Below, one piece after another: positions 59,761 through 64,000 of a stretch of 64,000 nucleotides of DNA. This stretch comes from Actinomycetes bacterium (GTDB lineage Bacteria > Actinomycetota > Thermoleophilia > RBG-16-64-13), in NCBI GenBank assembly GCA_024637095.1, contig JAGXFV010000024.1, forward strand, positions 770-64,769, read 5' to 3'. The notes under the pieces are model-generated. The model had not been told where the DNA came from, did not search any database, and saw only the letters and a list, made by a program, of their open reading frames with translations. The position numbers were made by a program, and so were the translations under genes. Position 1 is the stretch's first letter, and the number at the start of each line of letters is the position of its first letter.

Positions 59761-60357
59761 TCAGCCCGTCGAGAATCGCACCATATCCGCCGACTTCTTG
59801 CCATCTCTGTCCACGTAGAAGACGTCCACCGACTGGTATGCGGTGTTGAAGTGCACCACCAGTGATCCCGCCAAGAACTCTCGGTTCATCGCGTACGGTT
59901 GGGCATTGAACATTTCGTAGCCAACTACCGAGTTGTCGCTGATGAGCACCGCCGGGGAGGCCGAGGAACGGTCGGCTGGGATCGCTCTGCTGTTCAAGAC
60001 GACATCGGCCCGAGAGGCGTCGGCCTGAGGGTTGGTGTACCTTGCCGCGCCTTGTGCCAATCCGAGATCGCGCTCCAGCCGATTGCTCAGGTACCTGTCC
60101 GGGCTGCCCTCATCGGTTGGATGATATTCGCTGTCCCATCCATAGAGCATCTCCTCTTCCACGAGGCTCGCCAGGTTGCCCGCGTTCGCCGCGAGGACTG
60201 CCTTGGCACTCGCCGAATGCAGCGTCGGTACCCCGAGCACAACCACAACTGCAACAATCGCGATGATCACCAGGAGCTCTAGCGCGCCGAAGCCATCGGG
60301 GCGGAAGAACCGTTTTGGGGAGCAGTCGGGGCCCCGTTGGAGTTGACGAAATAGCAT
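59761..60357 (-). CDS. Type IV pilin-like protein
   Basis: Class III signal G|FGALELLVIIAIVAVVVVLGVP with Glu at +5. Confidence 0.7.
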   Translation of the reverse strand: MLFRQLQRGPDCSPKRFFRPDGFGALELLVIIAIVAVVVVLGVPTLHSASAKAVLAANAGNLASLVEEEMLYGWDSEYHPTDEGSPDRYLSNRLERDLGLAQGAARYTNPQADASRADVVLNSRAIPADRSSASPAVLISDNSVVGYEMFNAQPYAMNREFLAGSLVVHFNTAYQSVDVFYVDRDGKKSADMVRFSTG

Positions 60358-60371
60358 GGCAGATGACCGCC

Positions 60372-61244
60372 CTACTCCGCTGCGCCGCGCACGGCGCTCT
60401 CTCGGTTGGTCCGGGCAAACTCGAGGTAACTCGCCCATCCGAAGAGGATCCACGACACCATGTACCCAGCGTCGGACAGCCCGCCCGCTTGAAGGGCCCC
60501 CTGTATACCCTGGTAGCCGAATACGACGTCGGCTCCAAGGCCCACGATGAGCCCTGCGCCCAGCAACCAGAGCGAACCATCGATGTGATCCGTGCCGCGA
60601 CGAATCAGGAGCGCCGCCAAACCGGCAAGCAGAAACAGATCGCCCACAGGGTATCCGGCGGAGAGAGAATAGGCCAGAAGGTCGTCTCGGGGGGATCCAA
60701 GCGTCGGGACCAGGTAGAAGTACACCAACATCGCGCCCCCGGCCCCGATGAAGACGTTCAGGTTTACCGACAAGAACCCGAGGCGCACGCGGTCGCGCCC
60801 ACGCCGAGATAGGCAGACCAGACCGGCAAACATCAAGGGATAATAAGCTAAATAGGCCGCGTCGGCCGCCGAAGGGAAGGGCGTTGTTCCGCGGATGTTC
60901 TGGTAGTAGAAGTACAGAAAATCGCCTACAAAGAAGCCGGCAAAGCCAAGCGAGAGCAACCGCCAGGCCGTCTTTGACCGGTGATCGGATTGACCCTGTG
61001 CGGTACTCCACGCGAGCAGCGTGGCCGCCAAACCCACCGGGAGCATACCCAGGTTGGCGTAGAGGGATCGTTCCCCCACGTCTCCCCAGTTGAGGAGGAC
61101 CCCGAGGAGATACACAGCGCACAACCCGGTGGCCGCGAGAATAGTGAGAAACCAGGGGCGGGCCATCTGGTACTTGACCGCCTGGACAAGCGGTCGTGAC
61201 CTATGTGCCACGCTCGTCTCTGCTTCCGCGATCAGAGCCTCCAA
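60372..61244 (-). CDS. Multi-TM sensor-like membrane protein with no output domain
   Basis: AWRLLSLG, PFPSAADAAYLAYYP, YPVGDL; resembles the N-terminal membrane modules of diguanylate cyclases and kinases. Confidence 0.75.
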   Translation of the reverse strand: MEALIAEAETSVAHRSRPLVQAVKYQMARPWFLTILAATGLCAVYLLGVLLNWGDVGERSLYANLGMLPVGLAATLLAWSTAQGQSDHRSKTAWRLLSLGFAGFFVGDFLYFYYQNIRGTTPFPSAADAAYLAYYPLMFAGLVCLSRRGRDRVRLGFLSVNLNVFIGAGGAMLVYFYLVPTLGSPRDDLLAYSLSAGYPVGDLFLLAGLAALLIRRGTDHIDGSLWLLGAGLIVGLGADVVFGYQGIQGALQAGGLSDAGYMVSWILFGWASYLEFARTNRESAVRGAAE

Positions 61245-61477
61245 TCATCCTGCTTGAGATTGCCAGCCCCGTGATCGAATGACCCTCAGCTTGGCTTCTT
61301 CTATCGGACTCCACCGGCGTTAGCTTGAGTGGTCTTGCCCCGATTCCGTTGACCCGTCAGTCCGCTGGCGGAAGCCAAGAGCAGCAGGGCCAAGAAGAGG
61401 CCAACATGGAAACGAATATGCCCGGTTCTGCCTTTGAGGCCGGTGGAACTGTCCCCACCTCATCCGGTTTTCTCTTT

Positions 61478-61524
61478 AAGCCGACGAGGGGACTCGAACC
61501 CCTGACCTGCTCATTACGAGTGAG
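61478..61524 (-). mobile_element. 3' half of tRNA-Thr(CGT): att site of an integrated element
   Basis: Minus strand ctca-ctCGTaa-tgag anticodon arm, T-arm ggggttcgagtcccc and acceptor 3' strand; no D-arm or 5' strand. Confidence 0.85.
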
Positions 61525-61621
61525 GGAAAATAGCGGCTTTTCCAGGTAAAACCTCTCCCTCTGCCGCCTCGTAAGCGATACGTAAGCAGAGAGGCGACCA
61601 TGTAAAGCGCCCCGGCAGCGC

Positions 61622-62221
61622 GTGAATGCTCCGGGGCCGGCACAGGACGATAGCTCCCATGCAGACCAAAGAGTACAGCAGCACCGCCCCCCCCCACTCG
61701 GCATTACCTATCTGGGGGACACGCTCCTCAGGGCGGCGGCTACGCTCCTCGAGGCCTTAGCAAAGCACGACCATAGCCACCTCAACTATCAGTGGATCTC
61801 TCGCATCATTCGCGGCGACGCCGGCCACGCCGGCGAAGGCTTCCCGGGCGAGGATTGGGAAGGCGCCTCCACTGGAGCTATGAGGCTCCGCGCCGCCCTG
61901 GTGCTCTTGGAGATGGTCCCGGCGGGAGATCCGCTCGAGGAAGAGATCCGCTCCCGGGCCGCGTCGCTTCGCCAGCATTCGGAATACATCGGGCAACTCG
62001 AGCGGCCGCTAGATCGAGTCAGAAGAGGAGGCGTAGACGTGACGGGTCGAGAAGCTCTCGAGCGCTGCGTGGAGATCCTCGAGCAGGTGGAGGAGGGGAG
62101 CGAGCGTAGCGAGACGGCCGCTGCCCTCGCCAACTGGATCGAGCACAAGCTCGCGCCCGTGACAGAAGCAGAGCGCCGCCAGTGGCAGAAGTGGGTGGCC
62201 GGGCACGGCGCGAAGAGGTAG
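61622..62221 (+). CDS. Hypothetical helical protein (start uncertain, see finding on the C9 tract)
   Basis: Open frame of 199 aa; no recognised motif. Confidence 0.5.
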   Translation: MNAPGPAQDDSSHADQRVQQHRPPPLGITYLGDTLLRAAATLLEALAKHDHSHLNYQWISRIIRGDAGHAGEGFPGEDWEGASTGAMRLRAALVLLEMVPAGDPLEEEIRSRAASLRQHSEYIGQLERPLDRVRRGGVDVTGREALERCVEILEQVEEGSERSETAAALANWIEHKLAPVTEAERRQWQKWVAGHGAKR

Positions 62222-62365
62222 GAACACCCGCGGAACCAGCTCAGAGCCCGTCAGATCGCCTTCTGAGAGCCTCGCAGGGTAAAGGGAGCCCCCAAACGGG
62301 CGAGCCTTCTTATGGGCTACCGGGAGGGGGCTTTCGTGTTGGGTTCAGACTGTAGGTCTTTCGAC

Positions 62366-63322
62366 TTACTCTTCTTCGGCTCTCAAGTAGTCCACGAGTT
62401 GGCGGCCCAAGTCCGTAAGGAGCACTTTCGTGGTCTCCGCCCCACTAGCCGTCATCATTCCCCCGAGTCCTCCCGTAGCTAGGTTCTCTTCCTGTAGGGC
62501 CTGGAACAACTCGTTCACCCGCTCCAAAGGAAGCCCTGTCCGCCGAGAAAGCGTCCCCCCGCGGCTACCGGCTATCAGGCTTTCTTGCCCACTGCCTGGA
62601 CCCTCGTCACTGACAATAGCCGCCAACAAGCGGAGGTGATCTTCCTGGAGCTCGTCTAGCCTCCTCAGAATCCGCCTCTTTGCTTCATATGGCTGGCGCG
62701 AGGGCTGGCGGAGGTCATTGGTGATGAAGCGAGCGAACATTTGTCGCTTAGTCTCGGAGCGCGTCCGTGCGGCCTTGGATAGCGTCTCCTCGAGGAGGTC
62801 CTCGAAGTCCTCGCTCCCAATGTATCCCTCGTCTATCTCTACTCTCATCTCGCCCAACTCCCAGCGCATTCGATCCACAGTCTCGGCCACGCGCCGTAGC
62901 TTCCGATCGACTAGGGCGCCGGAAGCTACGGCGCTTACAACCCCGCCCACTGGCCCGAGTACACTAGTAAGGGCGCTAATGGAGTCCGCCAAGGTCTGCC
63001 CACCGTCTGTATCCAGCCAGGATTCCGGGATCTCGATTTCGCCGGCCACCTTGTGACACCTCCAGTGAAGTAGTGCGCTAGCAGCATGAACACTAGCAGG
63101 GGGAAGCGAAGAGAAGATAGAACGCTGGAGGCCTGACTCCCCGCGTCGCGTCCTTATTTCTACCTCCGCCGGCTCCCCAGGGGGCAAGGAAAAGAGCCTA
63201 CTCCGCCCATCGATCTTTGCCGGCAGCGGCAGCACGTTGACGTCTGCGAGAGTGAAGACGTAAGGGAACTCTTCCGCGTACCTCCGAACCGGATGCATCA
63301 TGCGCTCTGGCGACGTTTCCAC
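62366..63322 (-). CDS. Hypothetical protein; C-terminal half resembles Abi-alpha/DUF4393-like mobile-element proteins
   Basis: Helical region SEDFEDLLEETLSKAARTRSETKRQMFARFI, then wHTH-like ...LTDLGRQLVDYL; codon usage atypical for this window. Confidence 0.55.
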   Translation of the reverse strand: METSPERMMHPVRRYAEEFPYVFTLADVNVLPLPAKIDGRSRLFSLPPGEPAEVEIRTRRGESGLQRSIFSSLPPASVHAASALLHWRCHKVAGEIEIPESWLDTDGGQTLADSISALTSVLGPVGGVVSAVASGALVDRKLRRVAETVDRMRWELGEMRVEIDEGYIGSEDFEDLLEETLSKAARTRSETKRQMFARFITNDLRQPSRQPYEAKRRILRRLDELQEDHLRLLAAIVSDEGPGSGQESLIAGSRGGTLSRRTGLPLERVNELFQALQEENLATGGLGGMMTASGAETTKVLLTDLGRQLVDYLRAEEE

Positions 63323-63661
63323 AGTGGCGGAGGCGACAACACCGAGGCCGGCCGCGTAGAAGGCCGCCTTGTCACCAGCCTCCAGGTGGACGCGCCGCCC
63401 GGTCGATTCTCTGAACCAAATCCATGCCGATCAATTACCAGTTCCTGGACCGCCTCTCGCACTCTCTGGTGCCGATAGGGCCCCACCGGGATGATCCAGT
63501 ACCGAGAATCAGGAGTCGCCATCTCACCTCCACCCGACGCGAGAGGTAGCCTCTATCTCTTTTCGCGCAAGACTAACCCGCAATAGTGCGAGGTAGTCCG
63601 GTCCATCTCGGTCTACTCCACATAATTCCGGGACGACCGGAGGCGTTCCGATAGACGCGAT

Positions 63662-64000
63662 TCAACTGAAGAGGTACTGGATGAGGTCCTCTGGTACACC
63701 GTAGTCTCTTAGTTCGTCTTCCCAGACATCTGACCCAAGGGTCAGCACGGTCCACCTGCCGTCGGCCTTTTCCGCTGCAAAAGCCGCAAAACCTACGTGC
63801 TCCGAGTCGACTACCCCCACAGCCCAGGACCCGGAAACACGATACTTGTAGAAGGTAAAGGTGTTCCAGGTTTGCTCTGAAATTTTCTCTTGAAGGGCTT
63901 CTCTTACACCCCCGAGTTCCGTTACCGGTGGAGGACTGCTGCTATTTAGCAACGCGTTATACAAAACCTTTGCGGCGTGGCCGCGGGTAGCCTTACCCGT
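63662..64000 (-). CDS. C-terminal part of a probable SLH-domain surface protein (partial)
   Basis: Frame is open to the window edge and reads ATRGHAAKVLYNAL (SLH-like TR motif), then a small domain ...GRWTVLTLGSD...YGVPEDL. Confidence 0.55.
   Translation of the reverse strand, partial: TGKATRGHAAKVLYNALLNSSSPPPVTELGGVREALQEKISEQTWNTFTFYKYRVSGSWAVGVVDSEHVGFAAFAAEKADGRWTVLTLGSDVWEDELRDYGVPEDLIQYLFS

Noticed and set aside
59761..61122. 453-aa ORF as a single protein
   Set aside because: The first ~255 codons overlap the membrane-protein gene in another frame; only the pilin-like part from 60357 is credible.
61245..61475. c-di-GMP riboswitch upstream of the sensor-pilin unit
   Set aside because: The GEMM core motifs were not found.
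61478..61560. Complete tRNA-Thr(CGT)
   Set aside because: The D-arm and 5' acceptor strand are absent, so it is treated as an att fragment.

Overview
High-GC bacterial chromosome segment, most likely Actinomycetota and probably Thermoleophilia-like (inferred from the beta' N-terminal insertion, the L15 sequence and the tRNA-Tyr/Thr/Met-rpmG order). Positions 1-36.9 kb are the minus-strand transcription/translation supercluster: tRNAs, rpmG, secE, nusG, rplKA, rplJL, rpoBC, str, S10, spc and alpha operons, then a fused ECF ATPase. It is interrupted between rplA and rplJ by a plus-strand nrfHA nitrite-ammonification pair. Positions 37-42 kb hold housekeeping and accessory genes. Positions 42.3-61.5 kb are a mosaic cargo region bounded by two 3' fragments of tRNA-Thr(CGT) that look like att scars; it contains transporters, catalase, a PIN toxin-antitoxin pair, gene fragments, a two-component system and a pilin. 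Another integrated element probably begins after 61.5 kb. Three observations stand out. (1) RNA polymerase appears to carry extra alpha-CTD-like domains: a degenerate tandem copy in alpha and a copy fused to the beta' C-terminus. (2) An unannotated ~128-nt candidate sRNA at 37.05-37.17 kb has its own sigma70 promoter, a palindromic operator, two hairpins and an exposed anti-Shine-Dalgarno linker complementary to the rplJ and nrfH ribosome-binding sites. (3) The fused ECF ATPase has a collagen-like linker. All protein calls come from recognising motifs by eye; no database searches were run.
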